Of a stretch of DNA of 64,000 bases, positions 47,998 through 61,459 are shown in pieces (position 1 is the stretch's first letter; each line of letters opens with the position of its first letter). The position numbers were made by a program, and so were the translations under genes. The notes below the pieces were generated by a model. That model saw only the letters and a program-made list of their open reading frames with translations, was not told the DNA's origin and did no database searches. The stretch is from Amoebophrya sp. A120 (taxonomy: Eukaryota > Protista > Dinoflagellata). Location of the stretch: positions 164,453 to 228,452 of the forward strand of contig CAJINV010000025.1 of NCBI GenBank assembly GCA_905178155.1. The letters are read 5' to 3'.

Positions 47998-49511
47998 TTT
48001 GTAGGACAGGGAAGATGCATCTTCTGAAAATCTATGTTTTCAACACTTTTGTTTGTGAAAGAGATGAAGGTTTGTACTTAAACCTTATCTGCACCAACCT
48101 TGTTTTGCAAACAACAAGGCTTAGCTACTTACAAGGATCGGGATAACAATGAGTCAGAAATCAGAACCCTTTAACGCTCATACCAAAAAGTTTTTCAACA
48201 GTGAATACCAATACGGCCACAGCCAGTACCCGAAGTATTTTTTAGAATTGAAGCAAGAAGAACAACTGTAGTGGGGAACAAATGGAAAACGCAAACAAAG
48301 GCAGTCGCAGTTGTAGAAGAAAGATGCGTAGACTAATTCTTCTTCATCGCGTTCTTTTCCTAATTGCGATACTCTCCACGACCGGCAAAGAAACTTGAGT
48401 CTGAGAAGCGAAAAGTGAATAAACAGGTTTGATGGAAGTGTTTTTTTCAACAAGAATCTTTAAACAACAACTCAGTGTGAGTTCCGGTGAAGATCGGATG
48501 TGGACTAGGAACCAGAAGTGCTTTTGGCGGGTGACGAGCTGCTGTTCTGTAGTGACGAGATTGAGTTTCACCCGTTCTTCCGGCGTCGTAGATAATTCTT
48601 TTTCCAAGTGCAACCCCCAGATCGGAGGAAAATTTTTACCACTTTTTCACGGATCTTCGCGGATTCTCGCGGAGTAGCCGTATGGTCTAGTCAGGTTGCG
48701 CCTTATTTTGGGTGAATTTGCTTGCCAGTTTTGCGATGTCAAATAATTTGAACTTGTGCTCACTTGCATTGCACAAGCCAGTGAAGAGGAGTTCACCTCC
48801 GAGACCTCGTTTCATTCGGTCCGTATTGTCGTTCTTTCGGTTTTTCCTTCCTTTTTAGGTTTACACCGTCCCACCTCCTCCTTCTATCGTCGCTCGGTTG
48901 CGCTGCACATAAGATCCTTCGGGGCTAACCAGGAACATGCTCGGTGTAGTTGACCTGCAAGAACTCGCGTAAGAAGCAAGAAGTACAACTAGGTACTTAT
49001 ACTTTGTTTCCGTTCACAGCTTCAAGCCCGGCGGGCAAAACCAGCACAAGCGTCTTCGTTAAAAAATGTCGGTGACAAGAACAGAGGTATGTTCGGTTTT
49101 CTTCTGGCATTTTCATCGTACAACAGCGTCTTTGTCGTACAACATGGTTTCGTGATTCGTTGCGCTGCTAAAAACCGTTCGCTGGAGGAGAACTGCTATG
49201 GCACTCTCGTACTTGCCAGTTTGCATTCTTCTACGAATTATTTCCGCTGTTTCAGTCACTACCTCAAGTCTAGTCATGATCTTCGTTTCATCTTCCTGCA
49301 GGCAGCAAACGAACCCAACCCGTTTTCACAATTTTCATATCCAAATCATACTAGTACAACACCTAGCGCAATCTAGTCACCCTGGACCACTGCGCCAGTT
49401 CTTTTTACATACGTACGTCTAATTTAAACTTTGTTTTCCACCAGACCACCCGTTGTAAGTACCACCCTTCGATATCGATTCAATAAACTTCCAAGTAAAC
49501 CTCCGCCCACA

Positions 49512-51501
49512 ATGTACGGTCTCCACAAAGTGAACCACATGTACACCGCCTCGGGTACGGGCAAGGACTTTGTCGTGCAGGACCCTTACTTATGAATTGC
49601 AAAAATGTCTGGGTCTGGAAGATTGCAACTTGTGCTGCTGTCTTTCGATTCCAAAAAAGTCTGTATTGCATGACCAGCAAAAGGAGTCCAGTTTGTGCTA
49701 CGCGGAGAGGGCATTTCTCATCCGGAACACGCACCAGAGAGCCCTCTCAAAATCTGTGATGCTAGGCCATGCATTACAGGCATCATGTGTCATGCAAAAT
49801 CTGCATGACAAACACAAACCTGGCACTCTTCCAGACCCAGACATATTTGCGTTTGATATTACTTCAAAGGCGGGAAGATCGGTTTCGAGAAGATGGCGCA
49901 GCACCAGGGCGCATATGCACTGCAAAAGTATCGTACTCGTACTAAAAATCGCAGTCATGCATTACAAATTTCTTTCTCAAGTCAAACCCCCATTACACAT
50001 TTCATTTCTCATGCTGAGGAAATTTGTCATGCGCTTTCTATTAGTACGATCTGCTTTTGCATTTCATAGCGCCAAGGGCACCGCGATGATCCCCGAACCC
50101 ATTAACCGGCACAAGTACCAGGCCTTCCCGATGGGCTTCGGGTCCGTATGCAAGAAAAAAACTGTATAAGTGTAAGGCTGTGATGCAGAAAATGCCAAAC
50201 AGTTACACTTGTCAAGCTGGACATGCGTCAGAGGCTCTTTTCGTACGTGTTTTCACATACTGGCCGCGCATGACAGGCTCTCCCTGTCATGCAGAGCAAA
50301 CTTGTGATGCTATTCCCCCAAGAAAGTTACACTAACACAGTTTTTTTCTTGGATAGTTCGTCGGCGTGCCCGAATACAAACTGAACCTGAGCCTCGCCCG
50401 CAGCAAAGCGCGCTTGGAACTCTCGAAGAAGGACAACGACCGGATTAAGGAGGCCGGACAGCGGGCTCTGAACGGCGCGACGTCGCACTTGTCCCGATCC
50501 GTATGCATTGCAGAAGTACTATCGCAGTTGTAGTAGCGGTTGCAGCAATACAAATAGCTCAGCATGACAAATGGGATATATTGTCGTGCTGGTTTACAAC
50601 TTTGTTGGGAAGGAGATTTGTCATGCATAGTTGCGATTACCGACTTGAGCTTGACTACGATTGCGATAGTACTTTTGCAATGCATAATCCGTGTCCGCGG
50701 ACAACTTGCGGGTGCCGTTCTCGAAGACGACGGGATTGGTGGAGCAAGGGTATGATGCGTAGCTGCATGAGAAATTGTGACTATGACGCGTAGCTGCATG
50801 GCAAATTATGATTTTGACGCGTAGCTGCATGACAAATTACTTGTACTGGTTCAGCATCGCAAGAATTTTTTGGGCAACAGGCTCTGCGAAGATTACGAGC
50901 TGCTGGAGCTGCGCATGATCCACGTTCATTCTGAAAAAATACACAAAATTTAGTAAAACGAGAAAAACATAACAGCCTGAGAGCTGCAAATACAATGCAT
51001 GCCCAGCATGAGAGCTGCAAATACTTTGCATAATGCGCATCACAAATTTAGATTTAAGTACACTAAAAAAACATAACAGCCCCTGCCATCCGAGGCCGAT
51101 CGTGAAGGAGGCGCCGAGCATTTTCGACAGCGTCACGAAGTCGGGCATGGTATGCACTGCAAACACGTCTGGGTCTGGAAGGATGCGAGCTTTGTCATGC
51201 ACATTTTGCATGACCGATGGTGTCTGTGATGCATGCCCAAGCATCACAGATTTGTTGAGGGCGTCGTCATGCACATATCGCATGAGAAACGCCCTCGCCA
51301 CGCAGCAAAAACTGGACTCCCCTTGCTGCTCATGCAATACAGATTTTTTTAAGATCCAAAGGTAGCATTACATACAAGCTGCATTCTTTCAGACCCAGAC
51401 AGATTTGCATTTGATACATGGTCTGGGAAATCGGTGACGCCAAGAAGTACGGGTTCAACGGGTACTCGCGGACCGGCTACGGGGGCTTGTGGAAGCGTTA
51501 A
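49512..51501 (+). CDS. Hypothetical basic protein, 183 aa, 7 exons (possibly axonemal)
   Basis: Exons 49512-49590, 49864-49913, 50074-50146, 50361-50501, 50692-50749, 51080-51150, 51422-51501 total 552 nt, reading MYGLHKVNHMYTASGTGKDF...YSRTGYGGLWKR*. The function is a guess. Confidence 0.7.
49591..49858. mobile_element. Introner, family A
   Basis: Family TIRs; DR ttact/ttact. Confidence 0.92.
49914..50068. mobile_element. Introner, family C
   Basis: Family TIRs; DR gcgca/gcgcc. Confidence 0.9.
50147..50355. mobile_element. Introner, family G-like
   Basis: TIR TAT.CAAGAAAAAAACTGT; DR gtccg/gttcg. Confidence 0.88.
50502..50686. mobile_element. Introner, family C variant
   Basis: TIR TATGCATTGCA.AAGTACTATCGCA; DR atccg/atccg. 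Confidence 0.92.
51151..51416. mobile_element. Introner, family A
   Basis: Family TIRs; DR catgg/catgg. Confidence 0.92.
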
Positions 51502-52651
51502 GTTGAAATATTCAAACGCTTGTTGAGTACTATCCAGCTATCAGCGGGTGGGGGGTGTTCGTCTTCTTTGTTCCCCTGATGTTCGTTTGATGTTTTTTTT
51601 CCCATTTCCATCCTCTATCTAAGAAACCTTCGCTATTAAGTGTGAACCCCCACTTGTTTCACGAACTCTGAATCATCTTCTAGTACAATAAACCAACTGG
51701 TGCATAACTCACCCAGTCTGAGTCATCGTGTCTTTGATCACGTAATGCCAATAGAAGAAGCCGGCGCAAGCAACTTGAAAATAAACCCAAAGCTGCATGA
51801 AAAGCTGTACCCCAAGCTCAGCAAGCGGCTGGTACTGCTATCCCGAGACTTTCTTTTGCAAAAATCTCTTGATGTTAGAAAGCCAAAGTTGTTCCCCCTG
51901 TCCTTTTCGAGGTTCCGGTTTTTTAGGCCGATGAGCCAGCAGCTTCAGTTTCTTACACGTAAAAAATTTGACAGCTTTTCTTTTTACCCTGACAGTGGGA
52001 AGGTAAAGCAGTAAAGGGACGACAGGAAGGCCGGATTCCGGCCGCAAGTTGTTTCCGGCCGCCGGAAACAACTTGGGGCGCTTGTTGTTCGAAAAATTTA
52101 TCGGTCAAAAAACGTAGCTCCTCATGAGTTCAGGAAAAACATGATCTCTACACGACCCGGTATGTTGCGGCTCCGTGCTGTGGAAGTCAAGAACATCTTC
52201 GGTTTAATCCGCAGCAAGGCGCAGCTCGGTATGTTTATATACAACATGTCGTCGGTCTGTCGAGTTGATTGCGGAGTTTCGGGGAGAGGTAACATCAGCC
52301 TGGCCACAATGCTAGCTGTGATTAGATTTGTAGTCCCTACTTACATTGTACTAGTACAAGTTGTATAAGTTGTGCCACACACTTCCGCAACAAACGACAA
52401 CGTGCTGTAGTGCTTTTGTGCGGCACCGGCACGCGAAGCTGAACTATTGATACAACCATTGTTCATGGTAATTTTTTTTTTCGGACGCCATTCTTCTGAA
52501 TATTTCCAGTTGAGGAGGATTTTTATTTGTTATCCTGAATCAAAATCAATCCAACCCGTACCCGAGGTGATAAGTAGTTGTTTTTCGCTCAAGTGTGGTA
52601 TTTCGATCCCAGCTAAAGCAAACCGATCTAATAGAAGGAATTTCTTTCCGT

Positions 52652-52912
52652 TATCGATTGCAAATATATCTGGATCTGGAAATTTGTGTTGTTGAAGCTT
52701 TCGCTGCAGAGTTGTAGACACTTCCTACATAATTGTCAGCATCAGAACTTTTGCGAGATTCATCGCAAAGAAGGTACTTACTGCAGATTCAGGCGTAAAA
52801 CGCACGAAAAAGAAGGTGAAGGTGCTCAATCGCATTCATGCATGACAGATCTTGTTGCCCTTCCAAATTCGCATGACAAACCCAGCCCCAGACTACATAT
52901 TTGCCATGCATA
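52652..52912. mobile_element. Degenerate family-A element
   Basis: Decayed TIRs; DR not clear. Confidence 0.65.
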
Positions 52913-52971
52913 CCTGGTTGCTTTCCGCTGGACTGTCGTGGTACTTCGATTCCATCTATCCGAACAGAATC

Positions 52972-53234
52972 TATCAAATGTAAAAATGTCTGGGTCTGGA
53001 ACATTCAAAACTTGTGATGCTGTCTCTGGATTCTGAAAAAATTTGTATTGCATGACCAGCAAGACGACTCCAGTTTGTGCTACGCGGAGAGGTCATTTCT
53101 CATGCTGTATAGGCATCACAAAGCGCTCTAAAAATCTGTGATGCTACGGCATGCATCATAGACATCATGGGTCATGGAAAATATGCATGACAAATCGAGA
53201 AATCTTCCAGACCCAGACATTTTTGCATTTGATA
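52972..53234. mobile_element. Introner-family element A
   Basis: Near-perfect TIR; DR gaatc/gaatc; very similar to 16582-16844. Confidence 0.93.
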
Positions 53235-53415
53235 GAATCTAAACCGATCCAATAGGAATTTCTACCTGTGGAGGCGGTCGGTCGTTCTTCCTGTTGGTGT
53301 TGTATACTGTAAAAGTTAAATTTCTACTACCTGTGGAGGTGGTCGGTCGCTACACCAGTAACTAGAACTACCAGTCGTGCAACTACTGAAACTGATAGTG
53401 ATAGCTGCCAAGAAC

Positions 53416-56400
53416 ATGGCAACGCCCTCGAAGTCTGTCGCAGTGAAGAGAATGTCTGTCCCTTCGTTCACTACAGCTTCGTATGAACTGCAACTGCAAA
53501 TATGATGCCTGAGTCTGGAAACTTCTGATGCTGTTTGGTGAATCTTCATGTGGACGCCTTCATTGACAGCCAAGCATGACAAGTTTTGGAGTTGCTATAG
53601 TGTAGCTGCCTATCTGCATGACAAACTGCGTTTCTGCATGTTGACAGAGAAATCTGGCTTTTGGGTGGCGTGCATGACAGACTTGAGAGCCTGAGCCATG
53701 CTAGCCGTGCATGGCAAGCCTTGCATTCTATCAGACCCAGACCACATATTTGCATGTGATACTTCGTGGTCGGTTTTCCTGGCAAGAACTACATTTTTGT
53801 GGTTTTTCTTGGCGGGAGGTGCTGTCGTGACCGACGTGCGCGCAGTCCTAATGCAACCAGCGGGACAAGGACAAGAGGTAGGAGAACCAAGTCTAGGAGC
53901 ACAAGAAGCAACACGCCCACGATGGCGTTATGGGAATCTCAAACGTTACATTCTCAACTGTTACATGGAATTTGTAAATGCAAGAATGGCAAAAGTGAAA
54001 GTTGCGCCTTTTGAATTACAGGTTTGGAGCAGATTATATATAATGCTATCCAGCGCGGCGTCGAGATCGAGAACTTGTGATGCAAGGAACGCTTGATCGT
54101 GTGCAGAGCGATGGCGTTTTTGCATGACAAATCATGTAACAGTTGCGAATGTAACGTTTGAGAATCCCATAGGCGTTGCTGTAGGCGGCGAAATCTGCCC
54201 GCCGCCGCCGCTTCCGCCACGACGGACAAAGCGGCTGGGGCGGCGCCTCTCCTCGGCGGCGTTGCAGACGGACTGGGAACGGACACGCGCTCCGACGAAG
54301 ACCCCCCCGCGGCGAGCTCTTCCTCCCCCCGCGGCCGCGCCGCGGCGAGAAGTTCCTCCCGGCGCGCACGCGCCGGCTCCGCTTCCGCCTCGACGGGCGA
54401 AGCGGCTGGGGACGCGCCGCAGGCGCCGCCGCGCAGCCGCTCCCGTGGTATATTCAAAACTGGTTTTGAACGCTGTTTCTCATAGATCAAAATACAGAAA
54501 ATGAACAGGACGAGAAGAAAAAGCTACGAAAGCGATCAAGCAAGAAAAGGACCGGAATACCAAGGAAAAGCAAGCAGATTCTTGCTACGATCGAGAAGAA
54601 AAGAAACGGAGAAGAGGAAAAAGAGAAAAGGAAAGAGCTTGAATCCGATTTACGCTGAATCCGAATGAAAAACTGCCTTGTTTCTATATTCAAAGAGCTG
54701 AGCCACGGCTGCGGGCAAGTTAGGAATAGGAAAAGACGCGAAATAGCATAAGAATCTGGGGAAAGCTCGATGATGTTAGGGAATTTGTAATTCGAACCTT
54801 TTGAATTTGATGTAGTTTTAGCGGGTGTTCGAATTGGAACTCGGTAGGCTTGCATTTGAAAAAAAAAATCTTTCCATTTCGAAACTAGGTCCCACACGCT
54901 CCCCCTCCCCGGCGAAAACTTTCTCCCTGCCCGCGCTCGGCGACGCTACTGGTTCACTTCAGCCGCACGGGCTCCATGAATGTGTTGCGGCTTGGGACGG
55001 AAGGACACCAGGGCGAGCTCCCTGCCTGCGGCAGCGGGGCCGACTGCGCGGCGGGCCCCCGCTGCGTTTCCCCTGTTGCAGGCGCCGAGCGATGTACGCG
55101 ACAAGAGCCCTTGCATGCGAGTGGGAAAGGAAGGCGGGGGGCCCCGAACAACACGGGGGCCCCCCGCGAGCAGGTGAAAAAGGTGGAGGGGGCCCCTTGG
55201 GCACCGGTGGTACAGGCCGGGGGCCCCCCGCGCCCGCGCGGGAGAGAAAGGCGGGGGGCCCCCTTGGGCGCCCCCGGCCTCCAAAGGTGGAGGCCGGGGG
55301 CCCCCTGCGGGCGGGGGAGATTTACCGCGGAGAAGGACGGGGCCCCCCCCCGGCCTCCCTCCGGCGGGCGGCCCGGCCGGAAGAAGGGCGGGGGCCCCCT
55401 GCGGAGGCGGAAGCGCGGGGCCCCCTGCGGACGCGGGATACGCAGCGGGCGGTAAGGCGGGAGGCGGGGGCCCCCTGTTTCACCAGGCAGGCGGCCCGGG
55501 AGAAGGTCGGGGGCCCCCTGTGGAGGCGGAAGGGTGGGGGCCCCCTGCGGACGCGGGATACGCAGCGGGTGAGGTGGAGGCGGAAGCGTGGGGGCCCCCT
55601 GCGGAGGCGGGATGCCCCGCGGGCGGGAGGGCGGGAGGCGGGGGCCCCCTGTTTTCCCCGACGGTATGCTGGACGCAAAAATAGTAACCCTCATCGTAGC
55701 GTCGTCCTTACAAGTCTAGGCCTCAGCGCGTACCGGTCTCAAAAAAAATCTTTCCATTTCGAAACTAGGTCCCACACGCTCCCCCTCCCCGGCGAAAACT
55801 TTCTCCCTGCCGCCCGCGTTAAAGAAGGCCTCTTTACGTAGCTAGTTACTTCTTTACAAAAGGACCCAAAAAAGGAGACCTAAGGTTCGGGTGTGAATTT
55901 CTTCACCCAGCTTCTGTTCCCTTCCTTGAGTTGCTGAGGTGTTGAAGTTTACACCTATGCTCGACTGTGCAAGAGGGTTTTTGCCTTACCCCTCTAAGGT
56001 CTCAGGAATCACGCTGCCACACTGTTTCCAAACCCACGCCGACACTACCAAAAAGACTTTTTGATATAGAATGAAAAAGCCACAAAGAAGCATGCTGTAG
56101 GGGGAAGGGAAAAGGCTTGCAGCTACTCAAAAAGCGCGGCCAAGAATATCAGAGGGCTTGCCTGGGGGTAGTTTCTGCATAGATGCCGCGCTCGTGTATT
56201 TTTTATATCGTAGTAAAGACGTAGAAGAGCAAGGGCGCGATTTGGTCGGCAACTGCCCCCTTCTCTGCCTTCCTCCAGCAGCAATACTTCCAAAAAGAGC
56301 CTATGCACAGCCAACATTCCGCCGCGCCCAGCCATGCATGTCGTGGCACTTCGACGTCCCAAAGGTTGCATCTTCAAAACTCACAAGAGTGAAATGAGAT

Positions 56401-59400
56401 TTCCCGACCTTTAGGCTTAGCATTTTAGGCGTGAGGGGCGGGGCAGTGGGCCACTAGGAGGAACAGGTACAGAATCACCACCGAAAATGGGAGTGTGCTG
56501 CAGCCTTCGCGTTACATTACCACGGTTGTCGACTCCCACGCTCAGCTGGGGTGGAGGCAACCCGGTGGTGTGACTAGCTGCGTACTGACCAATGTGAGCA
56601 ACCGTAGCATTGTCGCGAGGAGGAGGGAACAGCAGTCCGGAGACCGGTGGATTCGCAATGCGAGAAGCCGGAGAAGGGGTCAGACCGCAACCTACAGAAC
56701 ACGAATTGGAACCGCGATGAGATGATGATGACGAGCCTGGATCAACACCATTTCCGATCTGAGGTTGTCATTAGATGCATTGCAGTTTTATGTTTGTGCC
56801 TATGTATTTAAAAAAAAAAAAATCTTTCCATTTCGAAACTAGGTCCCACACGCTCCCCCTCCCCGGCGAAAACTTCCTCCCTGCCGCCCGCGCTCGGCGA
56901 CGCCGCTTCCGCCTCGAACGCAGCGGCTGGGTACGCTCTCGGCGGCGCTGGAACTGCGCGAGTTAAGGTGCTGAAGAGTAATGGGCATCAAATGCGAACA
57001 ATATGTCTGGGTCTGGAAGCCTGCAGGATTTGTCATGCATTTCGCGGACGATCATCACGAAAATCGAAATCCATGGCTTGGAATGCAATTGCAAACAGAA
57101 GCATCTTCACAGATTTTGCGAGACCTTCCTCATGCCCATCCCACATGATCAACGTCCTCACAGTGAAGCGGCGGCTTTCTGCTCATCAGATCATGAGAAG
57201 TAGTAGCCTACCGTTTGACTCACTAGCAAGGAAGAAGTATTGAGCTGCTTTTGGCTTTCATGACACGCAGACGGACCTCTACCCTTTTGGTCCCGAGACT
57301 GCGCATGACAACAAGCTGCATCCTTCCAGTTCCAGACAAGTTTGTTGACATGCATAATGCTCCGTTGGGAATTATCCAGTCTCATCTGATGAATGAAGAT
57401 CCGGGTCACTACTTGATGAATCTATTCAAGCTGACGTTTTCCGGCTTGCAGAGTCAGCTGCCCTATCACATGTAAAAATGTCTGGGTCTGTAACAATGCA
57501 ACTTGTGATGCTGCGTCTGCATTATCTAAGAATCTGTATTGCATGAACAGCAAAAGAGGTCTGGTTTCGGCCACGGCGAGAGGGCATTTCTCATGCGTTA
57601 TAGGCATCAGAAAGCCCTCACAAGATCTGTGATGCTAGGGCATGCATCGCAGACATCAGGAGTCATGCAAAATGTGCATGACAAACCTTGCATCCTTCCA
57701 GACCCAGACACTTTTGCATTTTATATGCCCCGGGACGAAACGATGTGGTTTGACAACCGGATGTGCTCGCTTACCGAGATATCCTGAGTAAAAACGTCCC
57801 CACACCAGAGTCAGGATGGGGATTTTGCAACACAAACCTAGGAGTTTTAGGAGTCACGCATGACAAGTTGCACTCCGCAGTGTAGTGCAGGTTAGCAACT
57901 GCAGCCGCATCACAGATTCATCTGCGGATCCTGTTCACAGCATCACAAATTCCAATACACGACTGGAAATGCCTTTCATGGGGATGCGCATTACAAGTCT
58001 TCCTGTCTTTGCAAATCTGCATTACAACTCTGGCGTGGGGACGTTTTTACTCAGGATACGAGATCCGTGACGAGGTATTCGAGTCGTGGAAAACCGCCGA
58101 CTCGAATCGTCCTGGAGTCTGGAAGGTTCCGCGGGTCACGTTGTATCCAGCGGAATTAAGTATGCCTGGGTCTGGAAGGGTGGAACCTGTAATGCTGGTC
58201 TTACATTCCTGTGAATTGAAAGTGAAATCTGTACTGCAGGACCAACAAAAGTAGCCGCGGCCGCCTCTTGTGTCATACAAAGTCGCAGTTTCTCATGTGC
58301 CGGGCTGCGCATGTTGAGAAAGTCTTCTGGAAAGTTGTCATGCTTGGCTGCGTTTTTCGGAAGTGTTTCTATCACCCACACTCTAGCCTCACAAGTTTCC
58401 AGACATCGAGGGATATTTGCAATGCATACGGTGGGCCAGGAGGCCGGGGTCTGGTGGGACCTCTTTTTCCACGACCCGTGGAGCGACGCCCGGGTTTTCA
58501 AGGCAGTGAGCAGAGGGTTTCCCGATTTAACAGCGGGAACCAAAAGCCCGAATGTGATCTCCTCCGCCTTTGCGTCGTTCTTTAAGGAGAAGGTCTTTCC
58601 CCTCTCGAGGAAGTTCATGAGCTTAGCTGATGATGATGAACAGAAAGCCCTAAGTCTCGCCTTTGTAGACGCTTTCGCCGGCGCGCTAGAGCTATCAAGT
58701 TCAAATATGTCTGGGTCAGAAGTTTACGGTTGCAAGGCTTATCTATCGCGCAGCTTTCGCATGACGACCCAGTGCTCCCAGATGGGCTGCGGGCTCTCGT
58801 ATCTTCACATCAAGTTTTGAGAAGGCTCATCCTCGATCATGATGCCTATGTTCAGCATGAGACAACACGTTGTCTCTCTTTGGGTAACCGAACAAAGTGG
58901 GCATGTGTTTTGCTGGCTATGCAACAGTACAGACTTACGTGTCGAGCAGACGAGGCAGACCTAGCATAATGAATAAGTACATTCGGGCTCTACAACTTCC
59001 AGACCCAGATACTATAGTTGCACTGCATAAAGTCGGCCCGGGGCGACGACCAAGCACGCGGTCAGCTTTTGGTCGTCTCAGGTTGATACTGAGTACGGCG
59101 GGAAAGTTGAGAACAAGTTTGAGGTTTCCTACGGTGGAAGATCCGGCCTCCCACGAGAGCAGCTCACGACTTTCAAGCCTCACTATGGTGGCGCAGAGCA
59201 TCTAGATGGCGTCGCTATGATTAAACCAGAAATCCCCCTGAAGAAATACATGCTTCTCGGAAAACGAGTCAAGGAGGGGGCCAGGGCCACTAGATTGAAT
59301 AACTCACAGGGTGCTGGGGCTTCAACTGTGCTAGTGTTTCACTACACGACATGTCCGCGCCTCTCTCCAGGCCGTAGGCTAAGCATGACGAGCTCCATTC

Positions 59401-60047
59401 GCCGCAACTGCAAGCGCCGCCCTGCGTGCATTTGTATGTAGTGAGGTGAGGAGCGTGCATCTTCGTGGGAAGAGGAGCGAGCGGCGTTTGTGCTTCTGGT
59501 CTCGTTTACAACAGTTATTTGAAACCGGAGCACGCCCAAGACGGCGGCTGGTCAAAATATGCAATGGAAAATAAGTAGTTACAGGCCCCACCCTAGCAAA
59601 CTTTTTGCCCCGCCCATCGTTGTGGGCTCCGAGGAGCATGCACCCCTTCCGGATTTCTGGTCTAATATAAAGGCCGGCAATGTCGACCTCGACGAGAAAC
59701 AAGCAGAATCGTTTGGGGCCAGGGGCTGGGGATACTCCTCTAGTCTCGACGACGAGAACGAGCTGCTGCTGCGAAGGCCAGGGGATACTACTCTGGTCTC
59801 ACAGGGCTGTTTGTGCGTTGGTGTTGACGAAGAAACCCGAAAGCTTCCGTTGTGCGCGCTGTTAGCTCGGAGGAGCTCTTACGCTTTGATGGAGCTAACC
59901 ATTACGAGGGCTGAACATTACGGGGACACGCATGCTACAAAGTACGAACTGAAAATTAACATTCGTGTGTTTTTCCGGCCTACAAAAGAGTTTGGAGGCC
60001 TTGACAGAACCGACTTGGAGGAAGAATGCGGACGCCTTCCCTGGTAA
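53416..60047 (+). CDS. Hypothetical protein with a hydrophobic signal-like N-terminal segment; may be two genes; junctions across 54450-56895 and after 59435 unresolved
   Basis: Exon pieces join in frame across introners 53482, 53929, 56986, 57464, 57780, 58144 and 58693. Confidence 0.45.
53482..53761. mobile_element. Introner, family A
   Basis: Degenerate TIRs; DR cttcg/cttcg. Confidence 0.88.
53929..54171. mobile_element. Introner, family L
   Basis: 39-bp TIR TATGGGA.TCTCAAACGTTACATTC.CAACTGTTACATG; DR ggcgt/ggcgt. Confidence 0.93.
54861..56903. repeat. Three copies of a 71-85-bp direct repeat enclosing a GGGGCCCCC-rich minisatellite and a ~1-kb unique insert
   Basis: A(n)TCTTTCCATTTCGAAACTAGGTCCCACACGCTCCCCCTCCCCGGCGAAAAC at about 54861, 55741 and 56815. 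Confidence 0.85.
56986..57356. mobile_element. Introner, family A (degenerate)
   Basis: Decayed TIRs; DR atggg/atgct. Confidence 0.75.
57464..57725. mobile_element. Introner, family A
   Basis: Family TIRs; DR tgccc/tgccc. Confidence 0.92.
57780..58058. mobile_element. Introner, family D
   Basis: Near-perfect TIR; DR cgaga/cgaga. Confidence 0.93.
58144..58428. mobile_element. Introner, family A (degenerate)
   Basis: DR cgttg/cggtg; frame kept. Confidence 0.8.
58693..59029. mobile_element. Introner, family A (degenerate)
   Basis: Family TIR cores; DR agagc/aagtc; frame kept. Confidence 0.8.
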
Positions 60048-60539
60048 GATTTTCTTGACAAGCTTCCCTGCTCTAAAAAGTGCATCGCTTCCTTTTCTTT
60101 ATCCTTTTCAGAAATCGAGCTTTCCAACGCGAAAACGCTACATGACCCCACAGCTCGACCAAAGAAGCGATAGAACAAGAGCGCTAACAAGAAGACGACT
60201 TAGACTAGTGAAAGAACAGGAAGTTGCGCAGGAAAGTAAGACAACGATTAACAGCAGGGATAGGGAAGACGGTCCATGAATTGATTGAGTTCGTTGAGCA
60301 TTTTACTTTTGACAAAAAAGATCCATCAAAAATGAAAATGGTCACCCCTTTCAGTTGATATGCCGACAGTGCGTCGAGAATCTGATGAAGAAATAAAAGA
60401 ATGGCGCGCCAGGCTACAAAGTACTTATTGTTATTTACAAAAGAACGAAATAAAAGTAAAACCAAACAGGGTAGAATTTTCTTTCGTCATCTCTCCGGCC
60501 AAAGCGACGCCGGTATTTTCTTTCGTCAGTATCTTTTTC

Positions 60540-61370
60540 ACCGCTTCGGCCCGAGCAACGCCGGGGGCGCGGGTATTAAAAAGAGCCGGCCCCCTTACGC
60601 GTGTAGCCTTTGGGCCGTGGCACTTCGGCGGCGCGAAAATCCCGGGAAAAAAAAAGAAAGGCGCCGCCCCCGCCGTAGGTTGCAGGTACGCGAAAGCGCT
60701 GCGGAGCTGCCGCCGCAGCGCCGAAGCGCCATGGCTGCCCGTAGAAATTTTTCTTTTTTCTCTATTCACTTCGGCCCGAGCTTCGCCGGGGGCGCGAGCA
60801 TTAAAAATAAAGCGCTGGCCCGCCCCCTATGCGTGTAACACTCTGGTCGCGAAACTCCGAAGGCGCGAAAATGTTGAAAAAAAAAAGGCGCCGCCGGCAT
60901 AGCCACTAGGCAGGCGCAAGCGCCGGGGGGCATGCAAGTACGTAGCCGCCGCGGCCCCCCCCAAACTAACACCACCCAACGAATCCCGACGAAATTTATC
61001 TTCTCCACCTTCGGCCCGAGCTTCGCCGGGGGCGCGGGTATTAAAAAAAAGCCCCGGCCCCCGTACGTGTGTAACCCTTGGGCCCCCACGGGGCGCGAAA
61101 ACCTAAAAAAAAAAAAGGCGCCGCCGGCATAGCCACTAGGCAAGCGCAAGCGCTGCGGGGCATGTAAGTAGCCGCCGCAGCCCCCAAACTGACACCATCC
61201 AAGCAAACCCAGTGAAATTTATCTTCTTCACCACTTCGGCCCGAGCTTCGCCGGGGGCGCGGGTATTAATTAAAAAAAAGCGCCGGCCCCCGCACGCGTG
61301 TAACCCTTGGGCCGCGACACTCCGGAGGCGCGGAAATCTCCAAGAAAAAAAGAAAGGCGTCGCCCCGGGA
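60540..61370. repeat. GC-rich tandem repeat, 225-240-bp unit, about 4 copies
   Basis: CTTCGGCCCGAGC(TT/AA)CGCCGGGGGCGCG recurs at about 60544, 60769, 61009 and 61234. Confidence 0.85.
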
Positions 61371-61459
61371 GAAAAACTTTTGCGCAGTAAATAAGTACAC
61401 ACTTCTGCGAAGAGAAATAAGCGAAGGCGCCCGGACTTTTTCTCCTGCGGAAGATGATA

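Noticed and set aside
54825-55841. 338-aa Gly/Arg/Pro-rich ORF and overlapping ORFs
   Set aside because: Open in several frames because the GC-rich minisatellite lacks stop codons; no domain signal.
59435-59448. TATGTAGTGAGGT match to the Helentron-like 5' end
   Set aside because: Only 13 bp, with no downstream homology or matching 3' structure seen. It may simply be an intron donor.
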